NCBI GenBank assembly: GCA_948543815.1
Contig: CAOVHW010000001.1
Location: 138,413 to 202,412, forward strand
Source: an uncultured Eubacteriales bacterium
GTDB lineage: Bacteria; Bacillota; Clostridia; Lachnospirales; CAMVHY01
Length of the DNA stretch: 64,000 bases
Reading direction: 5' to 3'
The number at the start of each line of letters is the position of its first letter. The first letter of the stretch is position 1. Under the pieces are notes generated by a model that had not been told where the DNA came from, did no database searches, and saw only the letters and a program-made list of their open reading frames with translations. This document shows positions 9,221 through 17,362 of this stretch, one piece after another. The translations under genes were made by a program, and so were the position numbers.

Positions 9221-9340
9221 CCGTTCTTTTTTTTGAAAAAAAAAGAACCAAAAAAAACTTTAATATAAAAATCTTTACGCATTCGCGTAAAGATTTTTTG
9301 TTAAAGTTCTTTTGTTACTTTTCTTACAAGAAAAGTAAGG
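9221..9340. repeat. Composite three-hairpin intergenic element, copy A (order H1-H2-H3)
   Basis: H1 GTTCTTTTTTTTGAAAAAAAAAGAAC 9223-9248. H2 ATCTTTACGC-ATTC-GCGTAAAGAT 9271-9294. Linker TTGTTAAAGTTCTT. H3 TTACTTTTCTT-ACAA-GAAAAGTAA 9315-9338. Lies between convergent prfB and glgB. Confidence 0.8.
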
Positions 9341-9355
9341 TTTTAAAATTTATTT

Positions 9356-11551
9356 TCAGCAAAGTTTTATAATTGAAACGCCGAGCGGCGGAATTTTTAA
9401 TCCAATACTATTTTGCCGCCAATTCCATTCTATTTTTTCACTTTGAATTATGTTTGAATTAACTATTCCGCCGCCGCCGTATTTTAAATCATCGCTGTTT
9501 AAAATTTCTTTATATATTCCCGGAAATGGAACGCCGATTCGATGAGTTAAAAGTGGAACGGGTGTGAAATTGCAAACGAAAATTATTATATCGTTTGGAT
9601 TTTTACCTTTACGCATAAAAGATACAACACTACGGTCGGAATCATTACAGTCAATCCATTCAAATCCATTGTTAGTAAAATCGTCGTACGACAAAGTTTT
9701 TTCATTGCAATAAATTTCGTTCAAATCTTTTATATATGTTTGAAATTTTTCATGGCTCTCAAAATTTAATAGATGCCAATCCAAACTCTTATTCTCATTC
9801 CATTCATCAAATTGTGCGAATTCATTCCCCATAAATGATAATTTTTTACCTGGATGCCCTATCATAAATCCAAATGCAACGCGTAAGTTCGCAAATTTTT
9901 GCCATAAATCTCCCGGCATTTTACTTATAAGTGAACCTTTGCCGTGTACAACTTCATCGTGCGAAAGTACCAAAATAAAATTTTCAGTATAGGCATAAAT
10001 CATACTGAATGTCAAATTGTTATGATGAAATTTTCTGTGAATCGGGTCTTTTTGCATATACGTAAGAAAGTCATTCATCCAACCCATATTCCATTTTAAA
10101 TTAAAGCCTAAACCATTTTGTTCGACAGGTCGTGAAACACCAGGCCAAGCCGTTGATTCTTCTGCAATCATTAAAATTTCAGGATATTTTCCACAAATAA
10201 CGGAATTCATATGTTTCATAAATTCGATTGCATCGAGATTTTCATTTCCGCCAAATTTATTTGGCAACCATTGTCCTTCTTTTTTACTGTAATCCAAATA
10301 AATCATGGAAGCGACAGCGTCAACGCGCAATCCATCAATATGAAATTTTTCAATCCAAAAAAGTGCATTTGCAATCAAAAAGTTTTTAACTTCACAGCGT
10401 CCGTAATTAAAAATTAATGTTCCCCAATCGGGATGTTCACCCATACGTGGGTCAGAATGTTCATACAATGCAGTGCCATCAAAACGTGCTAAACCGTGTT
10501 CATCTTTTGGGAAATGTGCGGGAACCCAATCGAGAATGACGCCAATATTATTTTGATGGCATTTGTCAACTAAATACATAAAATCTTCTGGTGTTCCATA
10601 TCGACTTGTAACGGCATAGTAACCTGTAACTTGGTAGCCCCACGAGCCATCGAATGGATGTTCAGCGATTGGCATTAATTCGATATGAGTGTAGTTCATT
10701 TTTTTTATGTACGGTACGATTTCATCGGCAAATTCTCTATACGTCAAGAAGCGATTATCTTCCTCGACGATTCTTTTCCACGAACCCAAATGAACTTCGT
10801 AGATATTTATTGGGCCGGAAGTTGGCGGATTTTTTGTACGTAAACTACGCCATGTGGCGTCATTCCATTTATATTTATTGATATCAAATATCACTGACGC
10901 ATTATCGGGACGAAGTTGTGCAAAATTTCCGTATGGGTCAGATTTTTTCAAAATATAATTTTCCTGTGTTTTGATTTCAAATTTATATTTATCGAAATTT
11001 TTTAGGCCAGGAATAAATAATTCCCAAACACCAGAATTTTTACGTGCACGCATTGGATTTTGACGGCCATCCCAATTATTAAAATCGCCGATGACACTGA
11101 CACGTTTTGCATTAGGCGCCCACACTGCAAAATTTACGCCGCTCACATTTTTTATTTGCAATGGATGTGCGCCAAGTTTGTCAAAAATTTTGTAATGATT
11201 ACCCTCGCCGAACAAAAATAAATCGAAATTAGAAATTACTGGTTCAAATGAATATGGGTCAAAAATTTTTTGTGTATTGCCATCGTAATCGGTAACTTCA
11301 AGTTGATAGTCAAAAATTTTTTTATTACCGATATTAACTTGAAAAACTCCGGCGTCATCTATTTTTTCCATTGGATATTTTTTTAAATTTATATCAATGA
11401 CGGAAACTTTTTGCGCACGTGGTAAAAAACATCTTACGATTACTAATGGTTTTGAGTTCAAAATTTCTTGATGCATTCCTAAAAAATTATGTGGATTATA
11501 ATGCTCAGAGTCCACTATTTTTTTGAGTTCATTTTCTTCCACGTCAAACAC
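9356..11551 (-). CDS. glgB: 1,4-alpha-glucan branching enzyme
   Basis: GH13 motifs GVILDWVPAHF, HIDGLRVDAVASM, MIAEEST and LSHDEVVHGK. The SD AGAGG fits GTG 11542 slightly better than the track start 11551. Confidence 0.93.
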   Translation of the reverse strand: MFDVEENELKKIVDSEHYNPHNFLGMHQEILNSKPLVIVRCFLPRAQKVSVIDINLKKYPMEKIDDAGVFQVNIGNKKIFDYQLEVTDYDGNTQKIFDPYSFEPVISNFDLFLFGEGNHYKIFDKLGAHPLQIKNVSGVNFAVWAPNAKRVSVIGDFNNWDGRQNPMRARKNSGVWELFIPGLKNFDKYKFEIKTQENYILKKSDPYGNFAQLRPDNASVIFDINKYKWNDATWRSLRTKNPPTSGPINIYEVHLGSWKRIVEEDNRFLTYREFADEIVPYIKKMNYTHIELMPIAEHPFDGSWGYQVTGYYAVTSRYGTPEDFMYLVDKCHQNNIGVILDWVPAHFPKDEHGLARFDGTALYEHSDPRMGEHPDWGTLIFNYGRCEVKNFLIANALFWIEKFHIDGLRVDAVASMIYLDYSKKEGQWLPNKFGGNENLDAIEFMKHMNSVICGKYPEILMIAEESTAWPGVSRPVEQNGLGFNLKWNMGWMNDFLTYMQKDPIHRKFHHNNLTFSMIYAYTENFILVLSHDEVVHGKGSLISKMPGDLWQKFANLRVAFGFMIGHPGKKLSFMGNEFAQFDEWNENKSLDWHLLNFESHEKFQTYIKDLNEIYCNEKTLSYDDFTNNGFEWIDCNDSDRSVVSFMRKGKNPNDIIIFVCNFTPVPLLTHRIGVPFPGIYKEILNSDDLKYGGGGIVNSNIIQSEKIEWNWRQNSIGLKIPPLGVSIIKLC

Positions 11552-11756
11552 CTCTAAATTTTTTTTAATTGAATTATAACAAAAGTTTTCTACCGAAATA
11601 AAACTTTTTTTGCAAAATTAATTGTAAAATTTTTTTCACGTATTTTTTAATCAGCATTAATTTTTTTATTGACATAAAAAATTTTGTTGACTATTTCTTT
11701 TTTTAAGTATATAATTGCTCCGTAAAATTTATAAATATTTTTAAGGTGGGATTATT

Positions 11757-12218
11757 ATGAAACTTCTTGACAAAGTTTATAATTACATTCGTGGTGAGGA
11801 ATTTGATGAAGAAGACGAAATAACTGAAACTGTTGACGAGGCCCCAAAAGAATTTGGTAATATTGCAACCTTTCGTCCTAAACGCAACAACTCAAAAGTT
11901 GTTAGCATTAATACAAATATCCAAATGCAAGTCGTAATAACTTATCCAACTGATGTCGATGATGCAGCTTCTGCTTGCGACTATATCAAACAAAATAAAA
12001 CTTGTATCATTAATCTTGAAGGTGTTGACCGTGCTAATGCCCAACGTATTGCAGATTTTCTTGGTGGCGCAGCTTATGCAATTGATGGCGATATACAACG
12101 TGTCTCTACTGATATTTTTATTGTTGCACCTGCAAATGTAAATATAACTGGCGAGTTTAAGGAAGAATTAAAGGCTAACGGTTTAATTTTGCCATGGGTT
12201 TCATCTTCTTTTAAGTAA
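11757..12218 (+). CDS. sepF: Cell division protein SepF
   Basis: Acidic N-terminal linker plus a DUF552-type core (VVITYPTDVDDAASACDYIKQNKTCIINLEGVDRANAQRIADFLGGAAYA). Followed by yggT, as in Firmicutes division clusters. Confidence 0.85.
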   Translation: MKLLDKVYNYIRGEEFDEEDEITETVDEAPKEFGNIATFRPKRNNSKVVSINTNIQMQVVITYPTDVDDAASACDYIKQNKTCIINLEGVDRANAQRIADFLGGAAYAIDGDIQRVSTDIFIVAPANVNITGEFKEELKANGLILPWVSSSFK

Positions 12219-12230
12219 AGGTGTTTTGTA

Positions 12231-12512
12231 ATGGCATTTACTTTTTTACGTTCAATATTATTTTTCTTAAGGCTACTCGAATTTTTAATATTTATTCGAG
12301 TTATAATGTCATGGCTTTTAGTCCTTGGAAGTACGAATTCTTTTTCAAATATTATCTATGAGCTAACGGAATTTTTACTCGCACCTGCTCGAAATTTATT
12401 AAATAAAACATTTCTTGGTAAAACTTTTATTGATTTCTCTCCTATCTTAGTTTGTTTTGTAATAGAAATTTTAAAAAATGTTGTTGTAAAACTTTTTTTA
12501 AGATTTTTGTAA
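12231..12512 (+). CDS. YggT family membrane protein
   Basis: ~90 aa with two hydrophobic helices and the IRVIMSWLL segment. Position after sepF. Confidence 0.7.
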   Translation: MAFTFLRSILFFLRLLEFLIFIRVIMSWLLVLGSTNSFSNIIYELTEFLLAPARNLLNKTFLGKTFIDFSPILVCFVIEILKNVVVKLFLRFL

Positions 12513-12530
12513 TGCAAGGAGGATTTCTTT

Positions 12531-13406
12531 ATGAATAATTTTAAAATATTGGCTGACAGTTGCTGTGATATCCCTAACGATTTATTAAAACAAATTGATG
12601 TCGATATTATTCCTTTCTATACGTGTCTCGATGGTAAAAATCATTTACGTGAACGTATCGATATTTCAGTTGATGATTTCTACGATCGACTTATAGCCAA
12701 TAAAAATTTATTCCCTAAAACTTCATTCCCTACTATGATTGAGTTTGAGAACTTTTTCCGTAGCTATCTCGAAAAAAATTTGGATATCATTTATATTGCA
12801 ATGACGGCTAAATTTAGTGGCGTCTTCGCAATGGTTAGCAATTTAGTTGAGGATTTAAAAAAAGAGTTCCCTCATTCTAATATCATTCTTATCGATTCAA
12901 TGCAGGTAACAATGGGTGAGGGACTTTTGATATTAGAAGCATATAAGATGAAAGAAGCCGGCTACTCAATTTTTGAAATAGCCGACTTCATTAATAGTAC
13001 TAAATCAGATTCAAAATTATTTGTTACTGTAAACTCACTTGAATATTTACAAAAAGGTGGACGTATTGGGAAAGTTTCATCAATTCTCGGTGGACTTTTA
13101 AATATTAAACCGATAATTGAATTAAAAAATGGTGAACTTTATCCGCATTCAAAAGTTCGTGGCCGTAAGAAAGCTGTCGAGGAAATTACTAGATTAATTG
13201 CTGAGCAAACTCAAAAAGATGAGTATGAATATGTTGTCGTGCATTCATGCGCGTATGATGAAGCAGTTGAAATAATAAATAATTTGCAAAATAATTTTGG
13301 CATAAAAATAAATTTACCGCCAATAAAAATTGGAGTTATTATTGGTTCGCATATTGGTCCGACAGTTTTAGCAGTAGCAGCGGTAAAAAAATTTAAAGCG
13401 AATTAA
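12531..13406 (+). CDS. DegV family fatty-acid-binding protein
   Basis: N-terminal KILADSCCDIP, central GGRIGK (LQKGGRIGKVSSILG), size ~290 aa. Confidence 0.85.
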   Translation: MNNFKILADSCCDIPNDLLKQIDVDIIPFYTCLDGKNHLRERIDISVDDFYDRLIANKNLFPKTSFPTMIEFENFFRSYLEKNLDIIYIAMTAKFSGVFAMVSNLVEDLKKEFPHSNIILIDSMQVTMGEGLLILEAYKMKEAGYSIFEIADFINSTKSDSKLFVTVNSLEYLQKGGRIGKVSSILGGLLNIKPIIELKNGELYPHSKVRGRKKAVEEITRLIAEQTQKDEYEYVVVHSCAYDEAVEIINNLQNNFGIKINLPPIKIGVIIGSHIGPTVLAVAAVKKFKAN

Positions 13407-13557
13407 CGACGTCATTCATTACGTCGGAAGTTTTGTTTAATAATTTACTACTTTTATTTTCGAAGTTAGCGCGACTTTTTTTATCACTTAGCATTAACAT
13501 TAAACCGGTCGCGCTTAGAATTGTACCCATCATTAAACCGGTAGAAAATTTACTCAT
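13393..13557 (-). CDS. Small membrane protein (54 aa), YtxH-like in outline; absent from the ORF track
   Basis: GAGGTG SD 8 nt before ATG 13557. Translation MSKFSTGLMMGTILSATGLMLMLSDKKSRANFENKSSKLLNKTSDVMNDVVNSL. The 3' end overlaps the degV stop by 14 nt. Confidence 0.45.
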   Translation of the reverse strand: MSKFSTGLMMGTILSATGLMLMLSDKKSRANFENKSSKLLNKTSDVMNDVVNSL

Positions 13558-13632
13558 AATTAACACCTCACTTTTTCTATATTATTAGCCGTATCTATTT
13601 TTTTTATACGTTTAAGTTGGAGCTGAAGAACA

Positions 13633-15258
13633 GTGGACGGAATAGTTATATCTTCATTAATTAGTGAGTTAAGGGGAAAGATTCTTGGTAGTGCGATAAA
13701 TAAAATTCATCAGCCGGAAAGTTACGAAATTATTTTGAGTATCGGTAAAAATAAATTATTGCTATCGGCAAATCCATCATGTCCACGAGTAAATTTAACA
13801 ATGAGAAAAAAAATTAGTGCGCAAAATCCACAAAGATTTTGTATGGTTTTACGCAAACATATTCAAAATGCACGGATAATAAATATAATTCAGCCAAATT
13901 TTGACCGAATAATTGTTTTTGAAATTAAAGCAGTGAATGGAATTGGCGACACTGCTTTTTATAAATTAATTGTTGAAATAATGGGCAAGCATAGCAATAT
14001 AATTTTGGTTGACGATAAAAATTTAATTGTCGACGCGATAAAACATATACCGCCGGAAAAAAGTTCAGTACGCCAAATTTTACCGAATGTTAAATATGAA
14101 ATGCCGCCGAATAAAAATAAATTTGACCCGACAAAAATTTCTGACGAACAATTTTTTAGTTGCGGTGAGCTGTTATATAAATTTTTGAATGGAATAAGCC
14201 CGGTTGTTAGCGAAGAAATTGCGGCCGACAAAAATATTTTTTTTGAAATTCGCCGCGTTATCGCAAATGAAAATTATGTGAACGAAATCATTTTTGACGA
14301 AAAAAATAAGCCGATTATTTTGTCGGCAATTGATTTGAAAAAATATGACAAAAAAGTAAAATATGCTAGCATATCGCAAGCGATTGAAGATTTTTATGCC
14401 GAAAAAAATAAAATTCAAACTGGAGATTTGCAGAAAATTATCTTAAATAATATTGCGCGCTGTGAAAAAAAAATTAAGCTTCAGTCACAAACACTTGACC
14501 AAACAAAAAATAAAGATATGTTAAAACTTTGCGGTGAATTGTTAATGGCAAATGCTTATCAAATTCCCAAAGGCTGCGATTCTTTCGTCGCAGAAAATTA
14601 TTATGACAATAATTCAAAAATGGAAATAAAACTTGATAAAAATTTGACGGCGGTTGAAAATGCACAAGTTTATTTCAAAAAATATAATCGTCAAAAACGA
14701 ACACAAGTTGCTGTGATTGAACAGCTTGACAAAAATAATGCACAATTGAAATATCTTGAAACCGTTTTGCAAAATTTACGTCTTTGTCAAAATAAAGCTG
14801 ACCTCGATGAAATACGTTTGGAATTGTATCAGCAAAAAATTTTGCATAAGCCAAAAAAGTCAAAGCAAACTCAAAAATCTTTACCGCTACATTTTGTTTC
14901 GTCTGACAGATTTGATATTTATGTCGGCAAAAATAATATTCAAAATGATTTTTTGACGTTTAAATTTGCACGGCCAAATGATTTTTGGTTACATGTTAAA
15001 AATATTCCCGGCTCGCATGTCATAATTAAGTGCGAAAAAAATGATGTGACTGAAAAAACTTTGAGTGAGGCCGCAAACATTTGTGCGTTTTACAGCAAAG
15101 CATTTGAATCGAGCAATGTTGCTGTCGATTATACGAAAAAAAAGTTTGTCAAAAAAACTTCTGGCGCGAAACCTGGAATGGTTATTTATGAGCATTACAA
15201 AACGATTTTTGCGTCGCCAAATCAAAAATTAATTGAAGAATTGAAAAAGGATGACTAA
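13633..15258 (+). CDS. rqcH: Ribosome quality control protein RqcH / fibronectin-binding protein A family (NFACT)
   Basis: N-terminal MDGIVISSLISELRGKILGSAINKIHQP (NFACT-N). C-terminal FWLHVKNIPGSHVII (NFACT-R). ~540 aa. Confidence 0.85.
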   Translation: MDGIVISSLISELRGKILGSAINKIHQPESYEIILSIGKNKLLLSANPSCPRVNLTMRKKISAQNPQRFCMVLRKHIQNARIINIIQPNFDRIIVFEIKAVNGIGDTAFYKLIVEIMGKHSNIILVDDKNLIVDAIKHIPPEKSSVRQILPNVKYEMPPNKNKFDPTKISDEQFFSCGELLYKFLNGISPVVSEEIAADKNIFFEIRRVIANENYVNEIIFDEKNKPIILSAIDLKKYDKKVKYASISQAIEDFYAEKNKIQTGDLQKIILNNIARCEKKIKLQSQTLDQTKNKDMLKLCGELLMANAYQIPKGCDSFVAENYYDNNSKMEIKLDKNLTAVENAQVYFKKYNRQKRTQVAVIEQLDKNNAQLKYLETVLQNLRLCQNKADLDEIRLELYQQKILHKPKKSKQTQKSLPLHFVSSDRFDIYVGKNNIQNDFLTFKFARPNDFWLHVKNIPGSHVIIKCEKNDVTEKTLSEAANICAFYSKAFESSNVAVDYTKKKFVKKTSGAKPGMVIYEHYKTIFASPNQKLIEELKKDD

Positions 15259-15260
15259 AT

Positions 15261-15956
15261 TTGAACAAATTTATTCGAACCGAGCTGTTAATTGGCAAAA
15301 AAAATATGGAGCTGCTGAAAAACAGCTCCATTATTATATTTGGAATTGGCGGCGTCGGTTCATATGTTGCCGAAGCACTTGTGCGCTGTCAAATCTCCAA
15401 CCTTACATTCGTAGACAATGACAAAATTGATGTGAGCAACATAAATCGTCATATTTGTGCAAATGTAAATACTGTTGGGCAATTTAAAATTGATGTGATG
15501 AAGCGACGTGTGCTGGAAATAAATCCTGACGCAAAAGTTACGGTTATAAATAAATTTGTCAATGCCGAAAATATTTTTGAGATATTTGATAAAAATTTTA
15601 CTTATGCCGTTGATGCGGTAGATACTGTTTCGTCAAAAATTCAAATCATTCTTACGGCAAAAAAATTAAAAATCCCCATAATAAGCTGTATGGGGACGGG
15701 AAATAAAATTAATCCGTTGTCGCTAAAACTTGATGATATTTATAAAACTAAATATTGTCCGCTTGCGAAAATTATGCGGCGTGAATTAAAAAAATATGGC
15801 GTGAAAAGTTTACAAGTTTGCTATTCAACCGAGCAGCCTAAAAAAATTTTTACTTCAGAAAAAAAATTAATTTCTAGCATATCTTTTGTTCCATCCGTTG
15901 CCGGACTCTTTATCGCTTCAGCAATTGTAAATCAAATAATTGATTATGAAACATAA
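15261..15956 (+). CDS. tcdA: tRNA threonylcarbamoyladenosine dehydratase (ThiF/MoeB-like E1 fold)
   Basis: IIFGIGGVGSYVAEALVRCQISNLTFVDNDKIDVSNINRH nucleotide-binding motif. ~230 aa. Confidence 0.8.
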   Translation: MNKFIRTELLIGKKNMELLKNSSIIIFGIGGVGSYVAEALVRCQISNLTFVDNDKIDVSNINRHICANVNTVGQFKIDVMKRRVLEINPDAKVTVINKFVNAENIFEIFDKNFTYAVDAVDTVSSKIQIILTAKKLKIPIISCMGTGNKINPLSLKLDDIYKTKYCPLAKIMRRELKKYGVKSLQVCYSTEQPKKIFTSEKKLISSISFVPSVAGLFIASAIVNQIIDYET

Positions 15957-15960
15957 ATTC

Positions 15961-16096
15961 TTTTTTTTCTTGAAAGAAAAGAAATAAAAGAACTTTAACA
16001 AAAGAACTTCGCGGTACGCGAAATTTTTTATAAAGTTTTTTCATGAAACAGCTTCGAAGAAGCTGATTATGCGTTCTTTTTTTATAAAAAAAACGG
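15961..16096. repeat. Composite intergenic element, copy B (inverted order, extra hairpin)
   Basis: TTTCTTGAAAGAAA hairpin, linker AAAAGAACTTTAACAAAAG, central TTCGCG-GTA-CGCGAA hairpin, extra CAGCTTC-GAA-GAAGCTG hairpin, then H1-type CGTTCTTTTTTTATAAAAAAAACG. Lies between convergent tcdA and sigG. Confidence 0.7.
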
Positions 16097-16112
16097 TTTT
16101 AAAGTTATTTAA

Positions 16113-16889
16113 CTATGAAATATTTTTTTTGATATTAAGCAATGCGTTTTTTTCTAATCGTGAAATTTGTGCTTGACTTATCCCAATTTCTTCTGCAACT
16201 TCTGTTTGTGTCTTGCCTTCAAAAAATCTTAGATGTAAAATCAATTTTTCACGCAATCCTAATTTTTTTATTCCTTCATTTAATGAAAGATTATCTAGCC
16301 AATTCTCATCCGAATTTTTCATATCACTTAATTGATCCATGACAAAAATTGTGTCGCCGCCATCTTTATAAACTGGCTCAAAAAGTGATAGTGGTTCTTG
16401 TATCGCCTCAATCGCATGAATTATTTCATCTTTTGGGAGATTACACTCTTTTGCAATTTCATTTATTGTTGGTTCTTTTGAATCTTTTTTTGTCAACATT
16501 TCTTTTGCCTGTAGCGCTTTATATGCAATATCTTTGAGGGAACGACTAACACGAATTGAATTATTATCACGGAGATGGCGGCGAATTTCACCGATAATCA
16601 TTGGGACTGCATAAGTTGAGAATTGTACGCCAAGATTAATATCGAAATTATCGATAGCTTTAATCAAACCGACGCATCCTATTTGGAAAATATCGTCTAA
16701 AGTTTCACGACGATTAGTAAAACGTTGGATAACGCTTAGGACTAACCGGAGGTTACAGTATATAAATTTTTCACGAGCTAATTTATCACCGGCTAAAATT
16801 TTTTGCAGAAGTACATTTTTTTCATGAGCGGAAAGAATAGGGATATCAGCGGTATTTAAGCCGCATATCTCAACTTTATAATTGAACAA
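16113..16889 (-). CDS. sigG: Sporulation sigma factor SigG
   Basis: KVEICG, NLRLVLSVIQRF, FSTYAVPMIIGEIRRHLRDNNSIRVSRSL, LSLFEPVYKDGGD and EIGISQAQISRLEK closely track B. subtilis SigG. GGAGG precedes TTG 16889 (MFNYKVEICG). Confidence 0.88.
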   Translation of the reverse strand: MFNYKVEICGLNTADIPILSAHEKNVLLQKILAGDKLAREKFIYCNLRLVLSVIQRFTNRRETLDDIFQIGCVGLIKAIDNFDINLGVQFSTYAVPMIIGEIRRHLRDNNSIRVSRSLKDIAYKALQAKEMLTKKDSKEPTINEIAKECNLPKDEIIHAIEAIQEPLSLFEPVYKDGGDTIFVMDQLSDMKNSDENWLDNLSLNEGIKKLGLREKLILHLRFFEGKTQTEVAEEIGISQAQISRLEKNALLNIKKNIS

Positions 16890-17230
16890 AATAAATTTCC
16901 TCCGTTTCAAACTATATTAGTAAAATTTTTTCCGCTCATTCTTTTAATTATTCATCTTAAATTTTTATTAATAAAATCGTAATTAAAAAAAATGGATAAG
17001 TATAAAAGTAATGGAAAATGAATAAAAAAAATGTTTGCACAAATAATATTTACTGAAAGTCGAAAAAAAAGTTATATATGACTTTTATTTTTTTTCTTAC
17101 CGCTTTACGGCAAATATTACAATTTATTAAATTTCTTACTTCTATTCTGATTTAATATTTTTTTACTAAAAATAGTGCTTAACCTTGCTTAATTCTTTTA
17201 TTACATTAGTATTAAATCGTTTTTTGCATA

Positions 17231-17260
17231 TTGACTATTGATTTTTCCTACTGCTATAAT
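17231..17260 (+). promoter_or_regulatory. Sigma-A type promoter of the surface-protein gene
   Basis: TTGACT 17231-17236, 18-nt spacer, TATAAT 17255-17260. Confidence 0.5.
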
Positions 17261-17272
17261 AATTTTCGTTGC

Positions 17273-17324
17273 TGAGGAAAATCCTATTCAACATACTGCA
17301 TAAATTTTTTTAGGATAATCCTCA
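17273..17324 (+). promoter_or_regulatory. 5'-UTR stem-loop near the predicted transcript 5' end
   Basis: TGAGGAAAATCCT (17273-17285) pairs with AGGATAATCCTCA (17312-17324): 13 positions, 2 central mismatches, ~26-nt loop. Confidence 0.45.
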
Positions 17325-17362
17325 AATTTTTAAAAATTATTTCTTTAAGGAGGAAATATTTA

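Noticed and set aside
16890-17100. SigF/SigG-type forespore promoter upstream of sigG
   Set aside because: Only a weak GAATG-N18-AATATA candidate was found. It does not match the -10 consensus (CATxxTA / GGxxAxAxTA) well enough to call.
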